A stretch of DNA of 64,000 nucleotides. Source: Lama glama (Eukaryota). The notes under the pieces were generated by a model that saw only the letters and a list, made by a program, of their open reading frames with translations, was not told where the DNA came from and made no database searches. Shown in pieces: positions 1 through 13,443 of this stretch; within the stretch, counting starts at the first letter, position 1, and every line of letters starts with the position of its first letter. The translations under genes and the position numbers were made by a program. The stretch is from the NCBI GenBank assembly GCA_028534125.1, contig CM052816.1, positions 32,304,001 to 32,368,000 on the forward strand, given 5' to 3'.

Positions 1-2273
1 CTAAGATTTCTTACATTTAAGACATTGAGTTATCAATTATTTAGGCAAGGTTCCTAAAAGCTGTTTAAATATTCTCTTTATTTAAACAGCTAACTGTGAT
101 AAGCAACATGAAGATTATATGTTTAAATCTTAAAGTTACTCTGACAGTTGCATGCATAATAAATTTTATTCATGAAAATTTGGCATAATTCTAGATCCAT
201 TCCTCAAGCAAGTGTAATTTCCTTTCTAGTTATTCCTAAACCAGGCTCTCAGGCCTCCCATTTTTTAAGGGAGGGGCAGAGAGATGAAGAGAATGGGCAA
301 TTGAGAGTAATCTGTAATCTTCCCTGATCATATTTCCAGTAGTCACTGAATGAAACCCCCACAATACAATGCGCTGGGGGCTTCCATCACTTGGGGCTAG
401 AGCTCCTTGTTGGCTGGGGGACCCTCAAGGAGATTTGGACTCTAAGGACCCCATCATGAAGAAATGGGAGTGGAGCTATCAAACCTGAGCACTACACCCA
501 CAGCTTCTGGAAGTGGGTGATATACGTGTCCCACTGCCGCAGGTGGAGGCCCTGAGAATGACACTAAAGGTGCCTCACACAGCACCCCCTGCTGCACCTT
601 CCTGCTCTTACCTCCCTTTAAAGATGGCCTAACTTGTCAGTAGATCTGGCTGACAACCATATTTATTTCCCTAAAGTATCTCCCCACACATCCTGGGCTA
701 CACTCCAGAATTCTATTTTCTTGAGATTCATTTGGGCTAAAAATAAGCCACCCTCTGAGAAATTGTCTTTTATTTGTTTCTATGACTGCCTTGATTTGTT
801 TCACTCATACTCAAAGAAGCGCTGATGAAACAATTCTGCTAAGCATGGGAAATATGAATCAAGATAATTTTGGAGCATGAGACATGATCTATTTGGGATG
901 GAAGATTTCTAAATAACCAGAGAGGTAGGAGAAGAACCCCAGAGCATGAGAGTGTCAGGGCAGGGGGATAGAGAACTAATGTATCTGAGGAATCACTACC
1001 TTCTTGTACATTTGTTAAGGACTGAACTTGTCTCTTCTGCCTGCAGACCTTAAGGAAAATGAATCAAAAGCTCTAATCCACTTTACCAGCTTCTACATGA
1101 AAAAGCGAGGTGAGGTGTAGGCAGGCCAAGCCACTGCCAGAACTCTGGCATCATCATGGAACTTATGTCGGAAATGCAGCTTTCCTGCTTCCCCATGTCA
1201 TTTGCATTCTTTCTCCACATGGCAACCAGTTCAGTGGTTTCCTTTTGGCACTTAATAAGATCGAAACAAACTCTTCCCATGGCATCTAAGGCCCCGCATT
1301 ACCTGCCCCCCTTCTCCCTCATTCACTATGCTCAGACCTCAAACACCCAGGTCCTTCCCAGCTTCAGCCTTTTTCCCCACGCTTTTCCAACCACAGTCAT
1401 ATGTGGCTGGCTCTTCTCCCCTGTGAATTTCAGCTTTACACCTCACTTTCTGAGATGGCCTTTACCCTGTCTATCTAAAGTAAGGTCATATGTTCATTTT
1501 CTAACTCAGACCTTTGTCTCTTCATAATAATTAACTAATTTTTTCTTATTGTTTTACCTGTTTATTTTTATGTGTTATGTGCCCTCCCCAACAATAACCC
1601 TTTAAAAACAGAAACAATTAGTTCCTGGGCTGTACAAAAACAGACAGCACATTAGATTCAGCCCATGGGCTATATTTTGTTGACTGCCCTGATCAGTGCC
1701 TTGTCACTCCTTAGATGTGCTCATGAGATAGTTGTTGAATTCAAAAATCTAAGGTGTCTCAGAGACAAGCTTAGAATCAGTGCCATTGATCACAAGATGC
1801 ATGTGAGTTGTTCTTGTATGTACCGAACCAATAGCTATTCTTTCAATATTTCAGGTGTATAATTTAAGTTTTTTGAGATTCCTAAATGATGGTGATTTAG
1901 GGAGTCCTGAGTAGCTGGAAAAGCAAAATGACAATGCAATTCCCATTTGTACTCAAGCCAACTTAAATTTAAGACAAAAAGGCACTCTGAAAAATAACAG
2001 TGCTTATTAATCCTCACAGTAACCTTAAGAGGGAGGTTATTCCTACACTGCATAGAAGTTTAGGCTTAGAAGCTGAACAACTGCTCAACATCACACAAGT
2101 GGTGTGTGGAGACAAGGAGACACCAACGCAGGTCCTTTCTGAGTGAGAAGCCTCGACTATGAATCATCAGTGCAGGTTTTTTCAGTGCTACTGACTTGAA
2201 ACAGATTGTCTGGACAACTTATTAGCTCTCCCAGATTTATCTAGTCAAAAATTACACAGGTTTGAGTGAAAGG

Positions 2274-2680
2274 TGTAGTTAACCACCCAGATCTCCTTTC
2301 CAGACTGAGGCATTCCACTCCCCTGCAGATGGGATTGCAGCTGCCATATGGCTCAAAATGGAGCCCCTCCCAGGAACTGCCCTGGGCTCTAGAGAGCCAC
2401 CTTGACCAAGGCCAGGCCCCTCCCAGGGGCAGCCTCTATCGCATCACTTGCTACAGGGTGAGTGCTAGTATGCAAAACCCAGCCCCCTTGTCTCCAAGTC
2501 AGGTGACTCAGTTCCAGAGCTCCCCATGGGACCAGCTGATGCCTCTACTGGGACAATACCACTCAGTTCAACTCTTGCCTTTTATTCCCCAACAAATGTG
2601 GATCCTAAGAACACCTTCCAATAATTTCCTCCATGTAAACCTCCATCCCAAAATCTCTTCCTAGGGAACCTAACCTAAAT
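2274..2680 (+). mobile_element. Solo LTR, LTR16-like (ERVL)
   Basis: Starts tgtagtt and ends ...ccaataatttcctccatgtaaacctccatcccaaaatctcttcctagggaacctaacctaa, resembling the recalled LTR16 3' end. Confidence 0.65.
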
Positions 2681-3610
2681 TAGCACAGGCTTTTTCTGCC
2701 CTTGCTCAAGTCACTGACAAAACTCAAGCAGGACATGCACAGGGCTTTACATGATGGATACGCTGGAGTCAAGGTTCTTAGGTTGTCCATGAACGTCCTG
2801 AATTTTATGCTTATGCACATTAAATATATGCTTACATGCATTTTTATGGGAGAGAGAGTAGTTACCATTGCCTTTTGAAGAAATCCACGATCCAAACAAT
2901 CCCCTTCAAACAAGCTGATACTGATTCATTATAAACATCAAGTTTGTTTCTAAAGTAATTGTTTAACCAGATTCAATCCATACAACAATCTTAAACAGCC
3001 CACATTTTTTCCCATCTCATTAAAAAACGGACTATGAGAGATGATGTCAAACACTTTGCTGAAATGTTTGCTACACTGCTCCCCTAATAAATCTAATTCA
3101 GCTGAGTGTTAAATTGATTTTGTTAAGGCACCTGGGTATTTTGCTGTGTCCTTGAATTCCCTTTTGACCACATCTTTTAAAACATTTCCAAAACAAAAGT
3201 AATTCTCTTTGATGGAGAAGACAGGAATAAAATAAGACTTGCGTAGTTCTCCTGTCTGCCATCAGTTAACAATAGAATGTCTGCCCCTCTGAGTCTACCA
3301 CTTTATCTTTGTTTTTCTGGCTCCAAAAAATATCTCAAAGCACTTTTTTAAATGAGTGGAGTCATTGTTCCTTTATTTTGGCTCCAAACAGTCTTACAAT
3401 CTTTGTTATCCTTGGCTCTGTCTCAAGCCTCAGATCACTTTAGACCTCACGCTTCTCCTAGCTCTCACTCCCAATGTAACTCTTCACGGTTGTGCCCTGT
3501 CTTGATCATGCACCCCTGCTTCCCTCTCCTTCCATGTTCGGTACATGTTTTTTAAAACACAGAATCTTATCTTCAGTACAACACCTTCTTAAAAATTTAA
3601 TGTTACCTAC

Positions 3611-3692
3611 CTGATGAACTGTGGAGCCACCAGAACCCTGAGCATCTGAAGAACGGGTCACAGGAAGTGGAGGAACGAGATCCGTTTTTGAA
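3611..3692 (-). CDS. EPB41L4A: EPB41L4A coding exon (~exon 22, penultimate), 82 nt: (N)SKTDLVPPLPVTRSSDAQGSGGSTVHQ
   Basis: Acceptor tttctgcag|T and donor CAG|gtaggt. Ends in phase 0 without a stop, so a further exon is needed outside the window. Confidence 0.94.
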
Positions 3693-3818
3693 CTGCAGAA
3701 AGTGAGTGTTAGAATTAACGACTTAGACAGTACCTGGAGTCACAAGCTGAGCTGGAAAGGTCTCGTGTTTTACATATCCTTGTAGTGCTTACAGTGCCTA
3801 CTACAGTGCTTTACACAG

Positions 3819-3900
3819 AGAGGCATCTAGTAAGTGTTTCTGAATTATGTTCGACGGGGCAAGAGGCATCTAGTAAGTGTTTCTGAATTATGTTCCACGG
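3819..3900. repeat. Local tandem duplication, two 39-bp copies with period 43 and 1 mismatch
   Basis: agaggcatctagtaagtgtttctgaattatgttc(g/c)acgg at 3819-3857 and 3862-3900. Confidence 0.95.
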
Positions 3901-4544
3901 ATTAAGAATCTTGCCCCAAATCACAGCAAATATATAGAAGAACAAAGGATAAAAACATAGGTATGTTTTCCATGTGCTTTTCTTACTGTGATATGTTGTA
4001 TAAATGGATTTTTGTTTCTACACAAACACTTACTGGCCATTTATTCTTTTCTATAAACCCATGGAGCTACAGACAGCAATGCTCTACATTCTACAAGCAA
4101 AATAAAAATAAACTTAAAAACCTGGCCTATCTCTCTCTCTGCTGGGTTAGCTTATTTCCCAATGTTTATCGCAGTTTTAAGCCTTAATTCAGAGTAACAT
4201 TCCTACCCAGCAATAACAAGTACATGAATTTCCATGACTGTAGTATTTTTACAAATGTATGCATAATGATTTCGTAAACACATTCATTTATTGTGTCAAG
4301 CTGCGATGTGGTCACTTTCCTCGAAAGAAAAACTAAATAACACAAAGACACAAACTACTGTAATATATAATATTTGCTGTAGTAAAAGACAAAATATCAT
4401 CAGAAAGAAACTCTTATGCCAACATCTCTCAAATATGGTTGCATTTATTACTCAGAATAAATAATTCATGCATTTTTTTCTTTCTTCTAAAAGCTTCAGC
4501 GCATGGCTTGGAAGGGCCATGATTCAGCCTAAGTATTGCCTAGG

Positions 4545-4710
4545 TCTGCGCTATCCAACATGGTAGCCACCAGCCACACAAGGCTAAATTTAAATTAATT
4601 TAAAGTGACAATATTAGATCTCTAGTTTCTATGTCACACTAGCCACATGTCAAGTACTCCACAGCTACAGAACAGCTCCATCACTGCACAAAGTTCCAGC
4701 ACACTGTTCC
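4545..4710. mobile_element. hAT-Charlie MITE remnant, MER3/MER33-like
   Basis: ctgcgctatccaacatggtagccaccagccaca...cacactagccacatgtcaagtactc resembles the recalled consensus. Confidence 0.65.
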
Positions 4711-4749
4711 ATCCTGCGGGCCCAAGGGTGATGACGGCCGCACACTTAC

Positions 4750-4860
4750 TTCACTTCCGAGAGAACCGACCGCTCTCCATCCGAGCACTGGGACCTGCGA
4801 TACTGGCGGTAACTTCGCGGGGAATGAGAGTGCCTGATGCGGATCGGGTCACCTTGAGTC
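4750..4860 (-). CDS. EPB41L4A: EPB41L4A coding exon (~exon 21), 111 nt: (E)TQGDPIRIRHSHSPRSYRQYRRSQCSDGERSVLSEV(N)
   Basis: Acceptor cttgttcag|G and donor AA|gtaagt. Contained in ORF 4746..4931(-). Confidence 0.96.
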
Positions 4861-5072
4861 CTGAACAAGCAAGCAGAAGCCATGGAGACAAACAACCGAA
4901 AGTCAGAATGGGGCAATTTGCAGTTTTCCATTAATATTTAAACTGCCAAGGAATAATAAACTTCTAAAAAGCAACGTGGTCCCTCTGAGCTTGTAAAGCC
5001 TAAGTGGCTTAAATTTCACAAGTTAACAAAAGAAAACTGCCTCCACATCCATGAAAATAAAACTTTATAGTA

Positions 5073-5269
5073 CAGTTGACCCTTGAACAATGCTGGGTTA
5101 GGGGTACTGACCCTGAGCAAAGTCGAAGAACCCCCTGTAATGTTCCAGTCCACCCTCCAGGGGCTCAACCATCTGGGATCCTATAATACTGTTGTACTTA
5201 TGTAGTGAAAAAAATCCCAGTTTAAGTGGACCCATGAAGCTCAAACCCATGTTGTTCAAGGGTCAAAAA
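5073..5269. mobile_element. Tigger2/MER8-like Tc1-mariner MITE
   Basis: Terminal inverted repeats cagttgacccttgaacaa ... ttgttcaagggtcaa, preceded by TA. Confidence 0.85.
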
Positions 5270-6034
5270 CATATGTATATACTTGCATATGAATTTTTTA
5301 AAAAATCAAGTTGTAATGAAATAGTCCCTGCAGTTGAATCCTATCCAATAGTGTGGGAGAAAAAAACCTACAATGCAGACAAAATGGCATTCCTACCACA
5401 AGAAGTTGGTCACTGTCCTAGTAACTAACATTAGGAATTCAATCTTTGATGTAAAGATGCGGGGGCGGGGGGGGTGTACCCACCTGCAACTGGACTGCAG
5501 TGGGAAGAAAAGCATGGGTTAAGGAAGGGAAATAAAGCAACGAAGTCGTCCCCACTTTTTCTTAACCCATTATGTCATCTTCCACTGCATCCTATACTAA
5601 GTAGTGATTAGAGAATCCGTGATGCTCTCATGAAGCACATGCAATGAGTTAATTCTACAATGGGTTTATATGACAGGGTTTTGTGGCCAACATAATTCTC
5701 TTTGTGTTAAAGTAATGAATAAAAAGACACTTTGCTACTAATCAGTAAACATCTCAAAAAAAGAACTTATGTTTTAAAACTGACATTAATCATCAAAAGC
5801 CCCCTTGTTCCTACCACCTACAAACAGGCAGTTAATAACAGAGACAGTGATTTCAGTACAGAATGCGCATAATTAGCTTTTATACCCTCTTTTCTACTTC
5901 TTCCTCTCTAGTTATTTTTAATTTTGCTTAAAATGTAAAGACAAAGCACTGCATGGACCACCACTAAAGAGTAAGAGTGGATTATTCATGTAAGTATTAA
6001 CAAAACTTTTATAAAAAGATTTTCAAAGACATAC

Positions 6035-6103
6035 TCTATTTTAGTGTATGGAATCTCTTTTAACTGTTCTTCTGACAATCCAGATGGATCCACAAGTTCC
6101 TTT
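6035..6103 (-). CDS. EPB41L4A: EPB41L4A coding exon (~exon 20), 69 nt: (Q)[22 protein letters not shown](E)
   Basis: Acceptor ttccctctag|A and donor GA|gtatgt. Confidence 0.95.
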
Positions 6104-6741
6104 CTAGAGGGAAATAAGCAAGAGAATTAGTTTCAGTACTGGTATAAACACTAACACCCTTCACAACTGGCAGGTGAGTTTTCACTTTCTAATCTTGTCT
6201 CAAAACACTGTTAGTGAAACTAAGAGACACAAGCCAGAAACAAAGATTTAAAAACTAGGATGATAGGGCTGGGTTGGAAAAACAAACACACACACAAAAA
6301 CTAGGATGTATTCAAAGGAAAAATGGGAGGAAAACCATCTCTGTAGCTCCTCTACCATCTTGCAATTTTTCTATATCCAGAAAGTAGGTGACTGTCCAGC
6401 CATCCCTCACTTCCCTACGAAAAATCTGCTTCTCTCTCCTGTAGCAGGGGTCTTCTTTTTTTTCTTCTCTCTTTCTCTTGGTATTTATTTATACAATATT
6501 GGCCTGTCTGAGGCTCATTTACAGGCGAGGCTGACTGGCCTTAGGAGGGAGCTGTCAGGGCTGCCTGCAGAGGTCTGCTGGTGTGGTAAGGCACCACCAC
6601 TGGGTCCTTAATGATGGCAGTGAAGCCCATGTGACAGGCTTCAGCCCGAGGCTACCTTTCAGTGTCAGTGGTCTTCCTTGTAAATGCCTTAAAACCACAT
6701 GGGTCTTAAAACAATGAAGGGGAAAAAAAAAAAGTACTCAC

Positions 6742-6789
6742 TGAATATGCTTCCATAACTCTTCTTTTGCTTGGATATCGGGACTTCTC
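6742..6789 (-). CDS. EPB41L4A: EPB41L4A coding exon (~exon 19), 48 nt: (S)RSPDIQAKEELWKHI(Q)
   Basis: Acceptor ctgtttatag|G and donor CA|gtgagt. Confidence 0.94.
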
Positions 6790-8405
6790 CTATAAACAGA
6801 AAAAACAACACTCATCTCTGCAAACATGCTTCATCTAACAACCTAATAGCTAACTTGAGCAGAGCTACGATATTAATAGTTTTCAGACTGTGAAGTTCTT
6901 CTTCACCAGCTGACACCAGACAAGGAAAGACTGGACAGGGAGCACTAATGTGAGATGGTTAGTACACAGATACTAGCTAATTTATCTGCTAGCCCACTGA
7001 AGGAAAACCACGTAAAAAGCAGCCATAACCAGGGCTTCAGTTAATGAAAGAGCTTAGAACCACAGGGACAAATTCATACACCCTCCAGAAGTGGTTTGAC
7101 AAAGAAGAACAATTCAGGGCTTCTATTTCTGGTCCTTCTAGTTACTCCTAAGTTAAGGTAAAGAATTCATTCAGATTCTATTAATGTGAAAGATCCCAGC
7201 ATGATCTGTAATTACCTAGTAGAAACAGCACCACAAGGGAGAAGATGGTGGGACAGCCAGATTAGCAGACCGTGCACCACTGACCCACCATCCTTGCTCG
7301 TTCATTACATCTGATGTTGCATTTCCCAGTCAAGGCATGGGCCCACAAATGCCGGAACACACCCATGGCCTGTGCTGCCACCCCCCACAAGCTCCTCTCT
7401 ATCCCATTTCTCTCTTCTCCCTCCACGGACCCCTCAAACTCTCTTCTCCTCCAAGAACTACTTGAACAGAAATTGAATCACTACATTTAATTTCCTAGAA
7501 TAAAAAATTCAAAGCCAGCATTCACACTCCCCATAAATGCAATGAAAACTGGAAATCTATTATCACAGCAATTGCTGCCACAGAGTGAGTTTTTTTTCCC
7601 TAGTGAGAAAATGATACGCTTTCATCAGTCCTTTCAAGAGAACCAAGGTCTAATAAAGGCCCAAAGAAAAGACCCAAACCCTAACAATTAAGAGGCCCTG
7701 AGCTAAACAAAGCCACCAATATACTCTGTCCTGTGGAATTTAACATTCATAATCTGTGTCAGCATTTCTGGGCTCAGTGTTGCTTTCAGCATATGATACT
7801 ACCATTTCTTTCATTTTTCTCAGTTAATAAGGGCACCATTGAGGCATTCTGGTAGGGCTTTCTGAGCCCACAGAATACAATAAGCTACTTTTTTAGCAAT
7901 TGAATTGATTAAGTGGTATTTTCCTTTGGCAGTGGGGTGGGGAACCTGTCGGTAGACCTTTTAATAAACTCAAAAGGAGTCAAAACACAGAAGAGGGAGG
8001 GGATGAAGGCTTGGTCTCAGACATGTAAAATATGATATTGTTAAATGTAGCGTTTGTTATAAAAATAAAACTACACAGTTAAAAAAACCTTAAGAAATGT
8101 TTCTTTGGAAGGATTTCCTCTATGGAATCTGCCTTTCCTACATTTGGCTGGTCTGATTCACTAGACAATATGTAAACCCATTCAATGATACTGCCAGAGA
8201 AGGTGCTAATATTAAAAAGCACTACGCTATTGTTCTGTTCCCAGAGAAAGATGGTTCCGTTGCAATCATACACCGGCATCCGATTCTCACAGAAAATCAC
8301 CCAATAATCCACAGAAGCACATAACATTTAGATTAGGAAACTATTCTACAGGTAATCATTCTTATTTCAGGAAGGTGCGATAATGAAGCTATCTTCAAGT
8401 GAGAG

Positions 8406-8609
8406 CAGGGTGTCTCACCCTCGGCACTACTGGCGTTTTGGGTCAGATAATTCTCAACTATTGAGGGCTGGCCTGTACACTACAGGACGATCAGTAGCTT
8501 TTACCCACTAGATGCCAACAATACCTTCCTGGGGTGACAACCAGAAATGTCTCCAGACATTGCCAAATGTCCCCTGGCGGGGGAAACTGCCACGGATTAA
8601 ACACCACTG
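8406..8609. mobile_element. MER20 DNA transposon
   Basis: gtgacaaccagaaatgtctccagacattgccaaatgtcccctgg...accactg is the characteristic MER20 sequence. Confidence 0.85.
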
Positions 8610-11600
8610 GTCAAAAGTATGATTTAGAGGTCAAGCAGCTAAGGTTTGGTGAAGGAACTAAGAGGCCAGGTTACTATAAAAAGCCATTATGTGAATACTG
8701 AATTAGTGCTGGAGAGAATGACAAAGGGGCAAGAACTAAATCTTTAAAGAATGATAGAAGTGGTATAATTTGATGGCATCAGACTCAAAGCTAAGTGCTT
8801 TGAGGGAGGAGGGGAGGAGAATAAGAAAAGCAGTGAGGCGCAAGGAGGACATGGCCCTCAGGACCACCACACCAGGCCAGGTGGTCAAAGGTGGTGAATA
8901 TGAACAACATACAAAAACCTAATAAAACTAGATATTTCTGAGTGTTGGAATTGTTACTTTCTTACTTATACTTTCCTATCTTGTCTGATTTTTTTGTTTT
9001 TTAGTCAAAAGAATTTCTTACCTTAATTATCAGGGAAAAAAAAGGAGTATTTTCATGTTTTAAAAAACTACTATTGCTGCAATTCCACAAGAAATGCTTT
9101 TCATTTCCATCTCAGAAGAATTAGAAGAAATGTCATCTTAACTCACAAAAGAATCAGTCTTTCCAGTCATAAATATGGCCCTAAAATTAGGAATTTAGTC
9201 TATATGTTCAAATTCTATAGCAACATAACAGTCATATATTTAACTAAACTGAGTTCTGAAATGCCAGCAGTTTCAAACAGCATTAAGGCAGGGAAAAGTT
9301 CCAAAGCTAAAAAAAAAATGCTAATTTCCCCCAATTGCTAGACCACCTGTGATTTAATAAATGTAAACACAGGCTGCATGCTAATGAGAAATGTATTATT
9401 TTTATGCTTACATCTGCACACATTTAATCAATAATTTAGGCTGATTTCATGCTGTGCAGTTCAACATCATTTTGTGAATTCAGAAAGCTGTGGAATTTTA
9501 ACAGCCATTTTTCTTAATTAAAAGGACCCTAATTATGCAGATGTTTTACTTGAACTCTCCACATGAGTTCCTAAGGAAATAGAACCACGAGTTGTCCATA
9601 AGTACGACGTATATAAAAATAGACATGCAGTTGTATATTAGTCCAGTAATACTCGCTTTTCAGAGAAATTGCTTAGATGAGACATCATTTAAAGATAATT
9701 TTCCTTTTTTCCAAAACCTTAAAATAAAAATAATTCATAAATCTATAAAGAGTTTAAACCCCATCATTGCATAGTCTTCTACATCCCCCAAATAGTCCAA
9801 TTATATTATCTAGAAAATATTAAACTATAATATATGGTATATATTACAGCATAGTATATACTATGTTTTGTGTACTATATTATACTGAAAATAAAATAAT
9901 AATAAATATGACAGCATTAGACTTATTATTTTTGTGACCTAATACTGACCACTAGAAGGAAATTTAGAGTTGAAAATGTGTTACTAAGAAAACTAAGCTT
10001 ACAAAACATCTTCACTTAAAGAATTCAAAGCATTTAACATATATCTCAGTAATTCCTCATCATATTCCTGAGTGGTCAGAACAGATATGATCAGGAGAGG
10101 TCTTAATCTTCCCCTCCTTCCCTCTTCCCATCTAGGAATCAAAAAGATTGGAAAGCCACGGAGCCCAGCAACCCAGCCACTGAAGATGGCTCAGGAGTCA
10201 CTTCCAGGGGCTTCATAATAAATCTTTATCTAAGGCATCGGACGTCTGTTCTGCATTTAACTGGAAACATCTTTTCACCCTGACAGCCTCATCTTCCACA
10301 TTATCACTTTTTCAATAGAAGTAGTAAGACATTACTGCCACCAGAGGGAGCCTGAGCCTTCTCTCACACACACAAGTTGAACATATGAGAACTGTTGTTT
10401 TAGCTTCAGTGCTACTTCCAAATATCCCAAAGAGTAAATTTCACCCTGGTAGAAGAGAAGTTTCATCTAAGTTTTTTAATGAGAAGTAAACATGAATGTC
10501 ATGGCAATGCAGCTGGAAAATATACTACATATAACTACTTTTTCATTTTACTGGATGATATTCAATTATATTTTAGTTTAATGTGTTTAAAAGAGAAGGG
10601 CTTTGTGTTTTATACTACTGTATGTCTGGTATTTCATAACGAATATCATTTTCTAGTTTTTCATTCATTCATCAACGAATGAATCATGTATGACTAACCT
10701 ATCATAACATTTTAAATCCTCAGCAGATACTTCTATATGGGCAGTTTACAGACACTGCAGTAGCAAGCCAGGAACACGGTAGTAATTGAGAGATAAATGG
10801 TTTACCATATATCTGAAATGCTATGTAAACTTACAAATATATCTGAAGAATCATTTTAATTACTTTCTTCGGATAGTACTCTAACCACGTTTTCACTTAA
10901 GGAAAAAAAGCTGTAGTGGTTCCTAGAGATTCTTATATTCTCAATTCTAGGTTTTATGTGGTTTGGCCCCATCCTACTTTATTCACTTCATTTCAAGTGG
11001 AAAAAAAATCAAGTACCTTGTTCATAGGGATTAACTGAGACCTGGAGAACTTACTAATTACAGTAGCTGCAATTTCAAGTATTTATAAGGGCACAGGTAC
11101 TTGACACATGTGATTCAACTTAATGCTGAGCAAAATCTCATGAGGGTGGTATTATCTGTGTTACAGAAATCACACTGGAAGTTTGTAGAGATTAGGTAAT
11201 AAGCTAACATTCAGAGGCGGAGAATGCAGACAGTGGTCTAGTCTGACAACAGCACCCGGCAGATTGCGTCTTATCAACAAACCTCAGGTTTTTAATGTCA
11301 CAGCTCAAGTAAAAGAGCCTGGTTTGTCCTACATAATCTATCGTCTCGCAGAATTGTAACATTCTTTGTTCCTACTTGACATTTTCATTTGATTGCCCAC
11401 TTGTTTTTTCAAACCTAATGAAACAAAAATCTTCACACTTCCCACACATCTCCAGGCCTTCTCACTTCATCTCAAGGATGTAGTGGTTAAAAAGGCATGA
11501 CTACCCACTCCATCCATCAGCTCAAAAGTCAAAATTCATTCATGATATCTTTTCACACTACAAATCTATCGGTTCTCCTTCCAAAATGTGTATTCATTTC

Positions 11601-13443
11601 CACCACCACCATCTTTTTCTAAGCTAAAAGCACCTTATACCTGGACCACTGCAAAAAAAAATTTTAATTGCTCTTCCTGTTTCCTTTCTTTTCTTGATCT
11701 GCTTTTTACTCAGCAGCCAGAGCAACTCTGAAGGAACTACTCTTCAAATAAACTTTTTTCTCTGCACTTAAATTTTTTTGTTAACTATACTTTGGCCATA
11801 TAGTTAATCAATCAAGTTCAGTTACAAAGTCAGCTCCCAAACACTTGCTAAGTCTTTTTATGGTTTGCTTTAAAACTAAATTTCAAAAAGGTACACATCA
11901 AACTCTTAATGAGGTTCTCTCTCACAATTTCATTGTTTTGAGATAACCCTCTCTCTGATGTGATATTTTTATCATATACATAAGATTAAAAAGGAAGTTT
12001 AAGTAAGATTTTAAATTCAAAGTCCCACTTGGTTCTTTTCTGATTTCAGTTGATCTAATAGAAGCAATACCCAACACAAAGATATTTCTCTACCTCAAAA
12101 AAATATTCCTGAATTTCTGCTTCTGGTCCAATGGAGTAACTGGTATTAGACAAACCCTCCCTCCCATCCTCATAAACTATAAAATAAAACAAAATATATA
12201 AAGCAACTGTTTTTCAGACATTGGGCAACAGATACCATAAGCCCATGATCTTGGAGAACACAAGAGAAATACAAGGTGAGGCCCAATTTGCTCCAGTTTT
12301 CTGCCTGGGGACACTTTCCCAATGTGCTATAAGGAGGTGAAACTCAAGAAGCAACAGATTCACAGGGTGGAGGAGCTAGAGATCAGAATCTGAGACTGTC
12401 AATGAGGCTGAAATTTACAGGGCAGGATAAAAGAAAAAAGGGGAGTCCAGAAGTCTGCATGGGATTTTCCTTAAGAGGCTGAAAATATTCATTACATTTA
12501 ATTTGCACGTAAGCTAGGTGAGACTCTGTAAGGTTTAACAGAAAGCAGCCACTGCAAGGCTGAGAGCTGAACAGAGATACTAGAGACTGTGAAGTGGTAG
12601 GAGACAGGTTTTGCTGCAGTCACAGTGGAGAAGCCATGCTGAGTACTCTGTGAATTAAATGAAGACTCCAGACAGGCCAGGCTTTAGGAATAAGGACCAA
12701 GTCCAAAGTTAAAGAATATCCTAGGCTAATGACAAAGGCATTAAAGCATAAAACCAAGCATAAAAAATAAAATCAAGAGGATCCAACAGTAATTTAGCTT
12801 CCTGCCAGAAAAAAAATTGGACACTCTTTAGAGGAAGACAACATAGTCCGAACCTCCTACAATTTATCATCTAAATTTCCACCATACAGCAAAAAATTGC
12901 TGTATGTGCAGAGAGGCAGGAAAACATAGCCATACTCTAAGAAAGGGGGAAAAAAATAAGTAGTCAATAGAAATAAATTTTGAAAGACCCAGAAGTGGGA
13001 ATTTACCGAGGGATCTAAAACATCTTGTATAAATATGGGCAACAACAACTTATAGGAAAATATGGTAATAATTGAGTAAGTGGGAAATCTCAGCAGGGAA
13101 ATGGAAAGTATAAAAAGAACAAAACTGAAATTCTAGAACAGGGAAGTACAAAGTTCACTGAATGGGTTTAATAGCAGCTTGGACTTTGGGGAGGAGGCAG
13201 AAGGGTTGATGAAGTTGAACACAGGTTAACGGAAATGATCAAAATTGAAAAAAGAGAAAAAAATATTTAAAACATGAACAGAACCCCAGTTGCTTGTGGG
13301 ACAATATTAAGCGGTCTAACATATACACAACTGGATGCCCAAAAGGAAAGAGAGAAGGAGTCAGAAAAAAGAATTTGAAAACTAATAGCCAAAAACTTAG
13401 CAAATTTGGTGAAAACAACAAATTACAGAAACAATGGTAAATA

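Noticed and set aside
170..206. Minus-strand AGG AAT GGA TCT (RNGS) as the start of the last EPB41L4A exon
   Set aside because: No suitable acceptor, and the following codons diverge from the recalled C-terminus and stop quickly. The last exon is probably left of the window.
1..3600. EPB41L4A-AS1 / SNORA13
   Set aside because: Known to lie beyond the 3' end of the gene. No H/ACA snoRNA or CpG-island promoter is visible here.
3819..3900. CRISPR-like direct repeats
   Set aside because: Only two copies separated by 4 nt, in a mammalian intron. It is a simple tandem duplication.
5459..5476. G-rich run as a functional G-quadruplex
   Set aside because: A short isolated homopolymer-like tract with nothing else supporting function.
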